Below are positions 9,098 to 17,672 of a stretch of 31,054 nt of DNA, in pieces. The translations under genes were made by a program, and so were the position numbers. The notes below the pieces were generated by a model. The model ran no database searches. It was not told the origin of the DNA and was given only the letters and a program-made list of their open reading frames with translations. The stretch lies in the NCBI GenBank assembly GCA_044352465.1, contig JBILDU010000029.1:1-31054 (forward strand), given 5' to 3'. Source of the stretch: Bdellovibrionota bacterium. Lineage in GTDB: Bacteria; Bdellovibrionota_C; UBA2361. Numbering within the stretch: the first letter of the stretch is position 1; every line of letters begins with the position of its first letter.

Positions 9098-9506
9098 AGA
9101 AAAGCCTGCGTAAAGTCCGGATAGCTCGGTTGAAATTTTTCGCCGCAAGGGGGTGCGGGGATGAAGGGAGATTACACAACGGACCCCGTTCCGTAAAGAA
9201 CTCGCCCGGAATGGTCTGAGTGTCGAGGCTCAAAAAAGTGCCGCAGCGGACGCTGCATAAACCTGCGGGGACAGCGACCCGCCGGTTGCAGCGAACCCAA
9301 TTTAACGTGCGGGGTTCCCCCGATGAGACGGAGCGTGACGAAGCCGTGGTGCTGTCCCTCTCGCCAGGGTGAGAAAACTTCGCGGCTGTCCCCGCGAGGC
9401 CTGAGCTAACGACCGCTAGCGCAGTGAGGCAGTATGCAACTCCGCGAAACGACACAACGCGGGTCGGTCCGCGCACATGGCGAGTTTCGGAGTTTTCGGA
9501 AGAGTC

Positions 9507-10784
9507 CTACGGTAAGTCGGCGATTTTCGGCCCACCCGCAGCATGGAGGCGCCCGAAGAGCTTGCCCCCTTTCTTTTCCACCGCGTCGTAGCGGAAAGGT
9601 ACGAGATTACAGGCGATTTTACGCAGGATATCGCGGGTGCGTTGGTCGGTCATCTCATAAAAAGTCGATCCTCCCTGACTCCACCGCTGTGCTGCGGCGG
9701 AGAACGGTACGGCATATAGATTTGCATCGGGGGGGAAGAGTTTCGCCCGAGCGATCGTCGCAGCGGCCTCACTCGTAGTCAGATTTCTCCCCGTGTTCCC
9801 ATTTAGGATCACCGACCACCGCTGTAGGTCGAATTCGCGCAGATCTCCCGATTCGCTACGGAGTCGGGTGAGGTTGGCGAGCGAGCGCTCGAGCGAGATG
9901 AAATCGTCGTCGACGATCAGCACCACATGACTGCACCGCCGTAGTGCGGCGAGCGTTGCAATACCCCACGATCGCCCGAGATCGAAAACAACAACGTTAA
10001 ACTCACGTCCCAACGCTGCGAGGCTCGAGGTGATGAACTCGGTCGCAGCGGGGGCGTCATCGATCACGTTCGCTTTAAAATGAAAGGAATCATTGTACAG
10101 TTCGGGTTGGGGGACAACGACGAAGCGGCCGTCGAAACCGAAGACCGGTGCGACGAGCTCGTTGAGTCGGGTGGGCTCGACCTCGCCGTGTCGGAGACAG
10201 TGCGAGCTCATGGTCCGTTGCCGCGGAGTCGCGCGGGCCCATTGGGTGAGGTGTGGGTTGACATCGTCGAGATCAACGAGTGCCACACTGAGGCCGTGAC
10301 GCGCCCAACAACCGCCGAGCGCCGCCGCGATCGTTGAGGCTCCAACTCCGCCTTTCAGTTGACAGACCCCGATCACGGAATCGCGCAACGGTTCGGGGGC
10401 TGTAAGTGTCGGCTCGGTCGCGGCGTTCAGGAGAAACCCGGTCAGTTGAGCGACGTCGTGAACAGCGAAAACCTGTACCGCCAGCGAGCGGCGTAGCGCG
10501 ACGGCACGGTGCGCATACTCCTCGGCGGAGAGGGTGAGTGCAACTGAGCCCAGAGGGTAAGCGACCCGGAGGCGATCGACGATCTCGTCGGTCTCGGCGT
10601 TGATATCTGGCCCGAGGACGCAGCAGAATACGTCGTCCCAGTCGATCGAATCGATCTCAGCACGGGTAAATTCGCGTAACGTGATCTCACCGATGTCGGC
10701 TTGTCGAGCGGCTTCAAGGAGCCGACCACGCAACATCGCGCGACCTTCTGGGGAGCGTTCGTAGATAAGGATACGCTTTGTCAT
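9507..10784 (-). CDS. CpaE/TadZ-like ParA/MinD-family protein with a degenerate N-terminal receiver-like domain
   Basis: Deviant Walker A KGGVGASTIA (Ala at the Lys position, as in CpaE/TadZ), VALVDLD and VVFDLG. The N-terminus KRILIYE... is receiver-like but lacks the acidic pocket. ATGA overlap with the upstream response regulator. Confidence 0.75.
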   Translation of the reverse strand: MTKRILIYERSPEGRAMLRGRLLEAARQADIGEITLREFTRAEIDSIDWDDVFCCVLGPDINAETDEIVDRLRVAYPLGSVALTLSAEEYAHRAVALRRSLAVQVFAVHDVAQLTGFLLNAATEPTLTAPEPLRDSVIGVCQLKGGVGASTIAAALGGCWARHGLSVALVDLDDVNPHLTQWARATPRQRTMSSHCLRHGEVEPTRLNELVAPVFGFDGRFVVVPQPELYNDSFHFKANVIDDAPAATEFITSSLAALGREFNVVVFDLGRSWGIATLAALRRCSHVVLIVDDDFISLERSLANLTRLRSESGDLREFDLQRWSVILNGNTGRNLTTSEAAATIARAKLFPPDANLYAVPFSAAAQRWSQGGSTFYEMTDQRTRDILRKIACNLVPFRYDAVEKKGGKLFGRLHAAGGPKIADLP

Positions 10785-11191
10785 CGCTGTGGCTCCCGTT
10801 CGCGGTGTGACGCACGATCGACCAATGCCGTAATCGTCTGGAGCAGTTCCTCGTAAGCAAACGGTTTCCGCAGATAGCCGTCAGCTCCTTGTAGTTCGGC
10901 CCACTCTGCGGCGTCTTCGTCGTCTTGCGCGCTCACAATCACCACCGAGATAGCCGGGCTGTGCCGCTTAATCTCACGACACAGCTGAAAACCGTCGGCG
11001 CGAGGGCTCCCCGCTGGAGTGTTGAGGATGAGGTCGAGCAGCACGATGTCCGGCTCGAATGTGGCGACAAGTTGCTGGACCGGCACGCTCGCATCGGTGC
11101 ATTTGTGCGGCTGATGCCCGGCTTCAGCGATAAGTTCAGCGATGAGCGCGGCTTGGGCCGGAGAGTCTTCGACGATTAAGATCTTTGCCAT
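10781..11191 (-). CDS. Single-domain (CheY-like) response regulator
   Basis: KILIVEDS, phospho-acceptor in DIVLLDL, DGFQLCREIK, VIVSA and GADGYLRKPF. No output domain. Confidence 0.92.
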   Translation of the reverse strand: MAKILIVEDSPAQAALIAELIAEAGHQPHKCTDASVPVQQLVATFEPDIVLLDLILNTPAGSPRADGFQLCREIKRHSPAISVVIVSAQDDEDAAEWAELQGADGYLRKPFAYEELLQTITALVDRASHREREPQR

Positions 11192-12675
11192 GCGCCCTCC
11201 CCCGCGGTGCTCTGAGTCCTGTCGTGCGGGGATATCCCTCGCGGGATGATGAGGCGACGAAGTGGTGTTTCAATCGCCGGGGTATCCCACTGTCGCCGGC
11301 CATCGATCGTTCCCTGAAAAGTCAAAAGATTCGGCATCGCCGCGATCGAGTTGTCAGCGAAGATCACCTCGCGAACCCGTTCGACGCACGGTGTGCCCCG
11401 TGCAAGGCCCATCTCGATCACAAGGATAGGAGTGCGCGGGAGCGCCTGGTGCCGTTCGAGGAGGTCGACCGTCGCGGTCGCATCGGGGGTGTTGAAGACA
11501 CCAATAATACCGCGAAAGCCCCGTTCCACCGCAGCACGAAATCCAGCTATCCCCGGACCGCCGACGTCACCGAAGGTAAGACGTCGAGCCCCGCGACACC
11601 CAGCGATCTCAACAAGGCTGGGATATTGCTCCACGGGAGAGACGAACTTTTCAAGGTTGGTGGCTGGCGGAAAGATCTCCGCTACCGTCTCTATTGAGGC
11701 GACTCGCTCGAGCGAACCGATCGCTCCGCTCAGCGCGGTGGCGAACGTGGTGCGGCCTGAACCGGGCGCACCCACCACAAGGATGTGCGCGGCTCCGCTG
11801 TGGGCGGCCTCAGCAAGCCACGCGCCGAATTTAACCGGCAACGTCTTCGCGCGGATGAGCTCATACATCGTGACGTGGGCGATCCGCGGTATGCGAATGG
11901 CGAGTCGGGGCTCGCTCCCATCAACGAGCGGCTGCGCCACCACGTCGATGCGTGAGTGCCACCGGTCTGAAAGCGTCGCGGTGAGGTGCGCGGGAATCGA
12001 GGCGGCGCCGCAGCTTGAGACGAGGCGGGTGAGAAAACGTCGATACAGCTCCGGAGTGCGGAAACGAAACGGGGTGTGGAGCGCTGCACTTTTGCGGCGA
12101 CAAACCACCGTATCGAATCGGTCGACCCAGATGTCGGTCACGGCGGGATCCTCGAAGAGTGGGCTCAGTGGTCCGTAACCCCAAAGAAATTCGGCGAGTT
12201 CCGCGACGCCTGCATTGAGATCGTCGGCGGTGAGCCGCATCTCCCGGGTTAGGTTGTGCGCGGCCGTTTGAACCGCCGTGCGGAGCGGCGCGAGCTCGCC
12301 GGGGGGCGGCGCGTTATGCGGTGAGCGCTCGTCGAGGAGCTCTAAAGCTTTCGGAACAAGGGCGTTGAGCACCCCGGAGTTGCGCGGTGGTGTGGCGAGC
12401 CACGGCGGATTGGGGTCAGTGGGAGGTGTCTTCGCGGTATTTGGCGGCACCGCTGCTGAGGGGATTATCTCACCCGGTGGATTCGTCGAGGGATTGGAGG
12501 ATTCCCCGAGGGGCACCACCGGCATGTTCTCGAGCTTCAACGGAGCTTCGACGATCACCGTGGGATTTTTGAAAGCCTCGAATTGGGCAGAGTCGGTGCG
12601 CACGACCTTCTCGGTGGCGGTTTGGGCGCGCCGACCCCCCTTTTTACTCTGTAGTCTTTCAAGCAGTCCCGACAT
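11176..12675 (-). CDS. TadA/CpaF-family secretion ATPase paralog with degenerate catalytic motifs
   Basis: Family signature GYGPLSPLFEDPAVTDIWVD and PRLAIR. Walker A reads GAPGSGRTT, the Asp box SIETVAEI and Walker B RLTFGDVGG, and the His box has no His. Pro-rich N-terminal linker. GAGGGGAG RBS. Confidence 0.8.
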   Translation of the reverse strand: MSGLLERLQSKKGGRRAQTATEKVVRTDSAQFEAFKNPTVIVEAPLKLENMPVVPLGESSNPSTNPPGEIIPSAAVPPNTAKTPPTDPNPPWLATPPRNSGVLNALVPKALELLDERSPHNAPPPGELAPLRTAVQTAAHNLTREMRLTADDLNAGVAELAEFLWGYGPLSPLFEDPAVTDIWVDRFDTVVCRRKSAALHTPFRFRTPELYRRFLTRLVSSCGAASIPAHLTATLSDRWHSRIDVVAQPLVDGSEPRLAIRIPRIAHVTMYELIRAKTLPVKFGAWLAEAAHSGAAHILVVGAPGSGRTTFATALSGAIGSLERVASIETVAEIFPPATNLEKFVSPVEQYPSLVEIAGCRGARRLTFGDVGGPGIAGFRAAVERGFRGIIGVFNTPDATATVDLLERHQALPRTPILVIEMGLARGTPCVERVREVIFADNSIAAMPNLLTFQGTIDGRRQWDTPAIETPLRRLIIPRGISPHDRTQSTAGEGAWQRS

Positions 12676-12768
12676 CGTCTCCCCTCATGCACCCGATTGC
12701 GCGGAGCTTGCGTAGGTATCCTTTCGCAGGCTTCCCTTTGGCTGCGCTTTGGACCTGCACAGATAGTA

Positions 12769-12796
12769 CCATCGGCAGATTTGACGAGCAGCTTCA
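12769..12796 (-). promoter_or_regulatory. Sigma28 (FliA/WhiG)-like promoter upstream of the tadA-like operon
   Basis: The minus strand reads TGAAG-N15-GCCGATGG, against the consensus TAAAG-N14-GCCGATAA. Confidence 0.4.
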
Positions 12797-12946
12797 GCCC
12801 TTTAGGTGAGCTAAGCCGGGTAGCGCGATGAATGATGGGGGTAAGCTGCCTAGAGCCGGGGCTACTAATTTTTCGGTCACACGCTCGCGGGGTGTTAGGA
12901 GATACCGAGGGCGGGCACGATGAGTAAGTGACTAAAAGGTATGGAG

Positions 12947-13129
12947 TTATTTCGAGTCCGCCGGTGGGGCGGTTTCGGGTTGAGCCAGGGGAGCCACACT
13001 AATAGTTTCGGGGGGTACCTGGGTGAGGTGCGTGAGGAGGGGAAAAGCGAGCGAGCAGACTAAGGCGGCGAGCAGCCCCAGAACCACGAGTTCCAGAGAG
13101 CTCCCTGCGGCTTTCGATTCGTATCGCAT
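12947..13129 (-). CDS. Small Flp/type IV pilin-like membrane peptide
   Basis: 60 aa: short charged leader MRYESKAA, then GSSLEL and a hydrophobic helix (VVLGLLAALVCSLAFPLL). Strong AAGGAG RBS 9 nt upstream. Lies upstream of the tadA-like gene. Confidence 0.55.
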   Translation of the reverse strand: MRYESKAAGSSLELVVLGLLAALVCSLAFPLLTHLTQVPPETISVAPLAQPETAPPADSK

Positions 13130-13263
13130 GACTAACTACTCCTTGGTACTTGCGACGATTCTATGAGAAGCCATTTCGAGTGTGACGCGACCTTCCGATC
13201 CCCGAATTGGGATGCTGGCGGGGCGCGTTCGATTCGGCCGTTCGTTGAAAATTCACCATCCTG

Positions 13264-14584
13264 TTAAAAACCACCTTCTCTCCCGGTAGCGTTCTTTTGC
13301 AGATGTAAGAGAGCGATCTCTCGCTCGAGCCAGCGGGTTCGTTCGCGGACCTGGGCGGATGATATCGTCCCGGGTGTGGTATCGATACGGGGGGCAGTTG
13401 CGGAATCGTCGCCGCTTAGCGCGGTTTTGCCATAATCATCGCGAAGCTGGTTATACGTCGTCTCAAGCTCGGCGAGACGAACCAGTTCAAGACCCAGTTC
13501 TCGGAGCGCGACCACCCGGCACCACCGCAAAGTCGACGCGCTCCGGAGCGCGGGGCGGGGGAAGTCCACTGAGGAAAGTGGGTACTGCAATAACGAGGAT
13601 AAGCGCTGCAAACGCCCCGACGACAGCTCCACCACCGGCGATGCGGGAGAGGGAGAAGCGGCGGGGAGTCAGTGGTGAATGGTTTCGAGGGCGTTTGAGA
13701 GGGGTCGTGCTCCAATCGGAATATTCGCGGCGCTTATCCGCTACGGTGTTGGGCCCCACACCCTCGAATCGCTCTAGCTCCCGGCCAACGTCGGCCGCCG
13801 ACTGATACCGTTGGGCAAGATTCGGATTCATCGCTCGTTCAATGATCTGCGCCAGTTGGGGGGGGCAGTGCGGAGCGACCTTCACGAGCGGCGGGGGATG
13901 ACTATTTTTCTTTCGTGCCGCTAAAAGCTCACGTGAGTCGTCAGGGAACGGCGACACCCCCGAGATCATCTCGTAGCCCAGCACTCCGAGGGCGAAGATA
14001 TCGCCGCGGTGGTCGGACTCCCCCGTCTCGAGGTACTCCGGGGGGATATATTTCGGGGTGCCCACCATTCCGCCGGCTTGAGTGAGTGTTTGCGATCCAC
14101 TAACCCGGGCCACTCCGAAGTCGGCGAGTTTTACCTGGTCGTCGGCAGTAAGAAGGATGTTCTCCGGCTTAAGATCGCGGTGAATGATCCCCGCTTCGTG
14201 AATAGCCTCTAGCGCTGCGGCGATCTGGCGGAGATAGCGGACCGCTGAGTCCGCCGGTATCGGTTCTCGTTTGATTCGGGTGAGGAGGTTGCCTCCGCTG
14301 ACGTACTCCATGGCGTACGCCTGTAGGTTGTTACCATCGAAGTACTCGTACGCTTTGACAATATTGGGGTGATTAATACGGTAGGCGGCGACGATCTCGT
14401 TGCGAAAGCGCTCCCGGGCCGTGGGGGTTTCGATGACCCCTGGAGGTATCACCTTGAGCGCGACATAGAATTCCGGATTCGTAACGTCCTGGGCGAGATA
14501 CACCTCTCCCATCCCGCCACTACCGATGCGGCGGACGATGGTGTACCGGTCGTTAAACTGCGTTCCCGCTCTAAGATTTGCCAC
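13264..14584 (-). CDS. Membrane-anchored Hanks-type Ser/Thr protein kinase, apparently frameshifted near 13516 (the uninterrupted ORF is 13487-14584)
   Basis: IGSGGMGEVY, VALKVI, HRDLKPEN, DFG and GTPKYIPPE, plus TM helix AVVGAFAALILVIAV. After VVP the protein-like helical sequence VVALRELGLELVRLAELETTYNQLRDDY continues in another frame to TAA at 13264. Confidence 0.9.
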
Positions 14585-14788
14585 TGCGGTTAGATCGTCG
14601 ACCGGCTAGACGAAAATCTAAACAGATTGTTGAGTCGTTGTTGCCCTGCTAACCGACTGATCTTATTGAGTCGCTGCGCCGCCTCGTCGCTACGCCGGTT
14701 GGCTGGGGTCGGTTGAACGGCGCGGTAGTTTGAGCCATCCTGATACCAAGGCAGAATCGTCCGCACGATATGAGGTCTCTAAAGCGGT

Positions 14789-15202
14789 ATGGTCGGGAAG
14801 ATATCCAAAGAAAAACACGGTGCGCTCAATCGTTTACTCGAGGATGAGTACGCCTTAGTGCACCTTGACCCAGGGGTAGACGGAGTGGTGTTACCCCGGC
14901 ACCTCTCGGCTGGTCCGACCGTAACGCTCAAGGTGAGCCGTCTTTTTCGGGGCGCTCTTGTGGTCGAGGATGAGCGTTTTGTCGCGGATCTACTCTTTGG
15001 GGGAGATTATTTTACCTGTGTGGTGCCTTTCGGGGCGATTTGGGGGCTGACGAGTGCGACCGGAAGTAACGTCATGTGGCCAGAGGATACCCCAGAGGAG
15101 GTTCGGGAAAAGCTCGTCCAACCTCAACCAGCTCCGGCGAAAGTGGCGAGCGGTGGAGAGCCGACCGAGAAGAAACGGGGGCATCTCCGGCGGGTGAAGT
15201 AG
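14789..15202 (+). CDS. SspB-like ClpXP adaptor (stringent starvation protein B family)
   Basis: VHLDPGVDGVVLP...LLFGGDYFTCVVPFGAIW core, a flexible linker and C-terminal RGHLRRVK, which resembles the ClpX-binding LRVVK tail of SspB. Confidence 0.75.
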   Translation: MVGKISKEKHGALNRLLEDEYALVHLDPGVDGVVLPRHLSAGPTVTLKVSRLFRGALVVEDERFVADLLFGGDYFTCVVPFGAIWGLTSATGSNVMWPEDTPEEVREKLVQPQPAPAKVASGGEPTEKKRGHLRRVK

Positions 15203-15231
15203 CCGCGCCATTCGCGGGAGCCGCGCGAAAT

Positions 15232-15265
15232 AAAAAACCCGCTATCGGGGGGGCCGACAGCGGGT
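15232..15265 (-). terminator. Rho-independent terminator for the 15306-15632 gene
   Basis: The minus strand reads ACCCGCTGTCGG-loop-CCGATAGCGGGT (one G-U pair) followed by a T-run. Confidence 0.75.
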
Positions 15266-15305
15266 GCGCAATGTTCACGTTAAGGAGATATTTAGGAAAG
15301 ACCTT

Positions 15306-15632
15306 TTAACTCGCCTTTAAGAAGTACCACGGGGCCACGCGGCGGGACCCCCGTTTCGGCATTTCGGTAATCTTCTGAGCGATCCTCTTCACATCGAGGT
15401 CCAGCTCGCGACAGATCCAGGTAAAAGAGAATTCGCCGCTTTGCTGGTTGTTGAGATCTTCGAACAGCCACGCTTCAGCCGCTTCCATTTCCCGTTCATC
15501 GTTACCGACGTAGTCGAGAACTGCGCGCTCGAGGACCGCCAGGAGAAGTCGGCGCTCGGGGGTTCCTGTCATATTCGGCGTATCAAAAAGAGTCGCCGCA
15601 TCGTCATCGATAAAAGGAATATTAGCTCTCAC
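15306..15632 (-). CDS. Small hypothetical protein
   Basis: 108 aa with a GTG start and GGAG RBS. Helical PERRLLLAVLERAVLDY...AEAWLF...FSFTWICRELDLD pattern. Has its own terminator. Confidence 0.75.
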   Translation of the reverse strand: MRANIPFIDDDAATLFDTPNMTGTPERRLLLAVLERAVLDYVGNDEREMEAAEAWLFEDLNNQQSGEFSFTWICRELDLDVKRIAQKITEMPKRGSRRVAPWYFLKAS

Positions 15633-15872
15633 GTTTAACTCCGTTGAACGATACCCCTCTTACAGGGGCACTAAAACGAGGGTCTTAAAAAACAAAGGTC
15701 TTGAAAAGTAATGGTTTTAAAACTCGTATTGCCGAATCGGCTTCGCGCGGTGTTGCTCGTAAGCCGAACCGTCTTGAGAACATCGATAAGACGTTCCGGG
15801 TGTCGTTAAATTCAAAGACCGAGTAGGATTTTTAAGGAATTCTCAATATTTCCTCGTAGAAGAAAAAGCCAA

Positions 15873-16349
15873 ATGAAATCAACGATCTTTGTCATATGCG
15901 GTGTTGTCTGTGGGGTGGTTGCGACGGCGGCGTACGGCGAAACCGTGTGCCGAGCCGAGGTGAGCTATCAGTGGAAGCGGGAAAAGGAAGAGACCGCTGC
16001 CACGGTGGCGGTGTCACGGATTGAAGCCAAGGGCAAGGATGAAGCCGAGGGAAAGGCGAAGCTCAGCGAGGTGGGCGCTCGAGAGAAGATGACGGCGCTT
16101 GAGTCGTGTCGACGGGAGCATGAGAATAGTGCGGGATGCGTTGCGCGTAAATTTGACCTCTACGGCCCCGCACTCGCAAATGTCGGCTTCTCGGGGCGAA
16201 AAAAGTTAGAGGAAGCCATTCAGCGGGACTGCGCTACGACGCAGGGGACGTGTGTTGCGGCGACGGTTGGGGAGCCCCAATGCGTCGTCCTCGAGGTCGC
16301 TGCGGCTGAGGCCGGGGGCAAAGATAAGAAAGATAAGAAGAAAAAGTAG
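15873..16349 (+). CDS. Secreted hypothetical protein with six mature Cys and a Lys-rich tail
   Basis: Signal peptide MKSTIFVICGVVCGVVATAAYG. Ends GKDKKDKKKK. Confidence 0.75.
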   Translation: MKSTIFVICGVVCGVVATAAYGETVCRAEVSYQWKREKEETAATVAVSRIEAKGKDEAEGKAKLSEVGAREKMTALESCRREHENSAGCVARKFDLYGPALANVGFSGRKKLEEAIQRDCATTQGTCVAATVGEPQCVVLEVAAAEAGGKDKKDKKKK

Positions 16350-16370
16350 TGGAGCCCGCGCCCGTTTCGA

Positions 16371-17608
16371 TTACGTATCCGACCGACTGAGGAGGATTTT
16401 TTCGATCCCGGCGATTTCGGTGAGGTGTTCGAATGCGCGGGTTGCGGTTGAGATGCGGTCGCCTTGAGAGACTTCAACCTCGCCCCGGCGATTTAAGAAG
16501 TCGGGAGCCTGCGGAAAGGGGTGATCTAAAGCTGCTCCGATAAGCTCGACGAATCCTTCGTCGAGTCCCGGCGGTGGCGCCGTTTGGGGGGATTTTTTAA
16601 CGGCGCGTTTCAGTTCAAGGATTCTTCCAAGGCCTAGACGATAGAGCGGCTGAAGTCCGATCTTTCGGGCAAGGATAGTGCTATCCGTCTTGGGGTGGCG
16701 TTCGAATGCGAGTTCAATGCCTATGTTTAAGGCCCCCTTTACACGCTCGATGAGGGCTGTCATTGCGCCTTCGTCGCCAAAGTCGACGCCCCAGTGCACC
16801 ACCGCGCTGTTCGCGATAAGCGTGATCTCCATCTCGGCGCTTTCCCGGTCAGGGTGAGCATCGAGAAATGAGGTGAGCGGCTGGAGTGCTAAAGAGTCGT
16901 AAACGATCGGTTCGATGACCGCGATATCGGCGATCGCTTTTGGCGAGGCGGTCTCGAGCATCTGTGAAAAATCAGCGCTGGTGAGCGGCGCGTTTATCTT
17001 GAACGCCCAGGCGCGGTCCGGGACACCTTCCGCTGAGAGTCTCTTGGTCCGCTCTTGAAACGATTCCTCCTCCAAGACCGCTTCGGTCGACACGTTCGGA
17101 ATGTTTCAAAAACGAGGGCGAGGAGACGGGCGAGGAGGAAGTGCTTATCGGCGCTCAGTGTGTGAATGCCGAGCCAGGTGGAGCCTTTGTCGGGGGTATG
17201 AAAGCCGTTGCCAGGAGGGTTCTCGGTCGGATCTTCAAAGATCCGGACCTCAACGTATCGGGCGATGAGTAGGCCGATAAACTTGAGGTCAACAAAGCGG
17301 AGGAGCTTCTGGAGGAGTTTAAGTCCGTTGTCGTCGTCCGACAGGCTGAGCCACTCCCAAAAACGCTCCTCGCAAAAGCGATCGCCTTCCCAGCAGTCAA
17401 AGTCGAGCATGAGGCGACATTGCTCGAGCGTCGCAATCTCGATGAGATCGGATGAGGCGACGAGCCCGTTCTGTTTGACCGCCATGAACAGGCTCTGTGC
17501 CGGTATGGTGCGAATAAATTGCTCCGGCATCTCCGCCGCAAAAATGGTGCGCGCCAATGAACGGCTCGAGAATCCACTGTGGCGTTTGGGGACGGACGGG
17601 AGCGACAA
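16371..17608 (-). pseudogene. DUF6178-like protein split by a frameshift or deletion at about 17100
   Basis: The N-part starts at TTG 17608 after GGAGG (LDFDCWEGDRFCEERFWEWL...LLALVFET). The C-part is in another frame (IPNVSTEAVLEEESFQERTKRLSAEGVPD...LYRLG) and ends at 16371. The span is 1238 nt, not a multiple of 3. The family is assigned from remembered motif resemblance. Confidence 0.6.
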
Positions 17609-17672
17609 TCTGCCTCCGGAGGTACGGTGAGTGCTTCGTGTGACGGGGGCGACGAGCGCCCCCGCGATATCG

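Noticed and set aside
9320..9345. Hammerhead-like CCGATGAG...CGAAG segment
   Set aside because: The core deviates from CUGANGA/GAAA at invariant positions, and no stems I/III with an NUH site could be built.
8925..9476. Long alternative ORFs such as 8925-9476, 11351-12178, 25420-25986 and 26470-26847
   Set aside because: They overlap or are antisense to well-supported genes and show no motifs. These are typical high-GC shadow ORFs.
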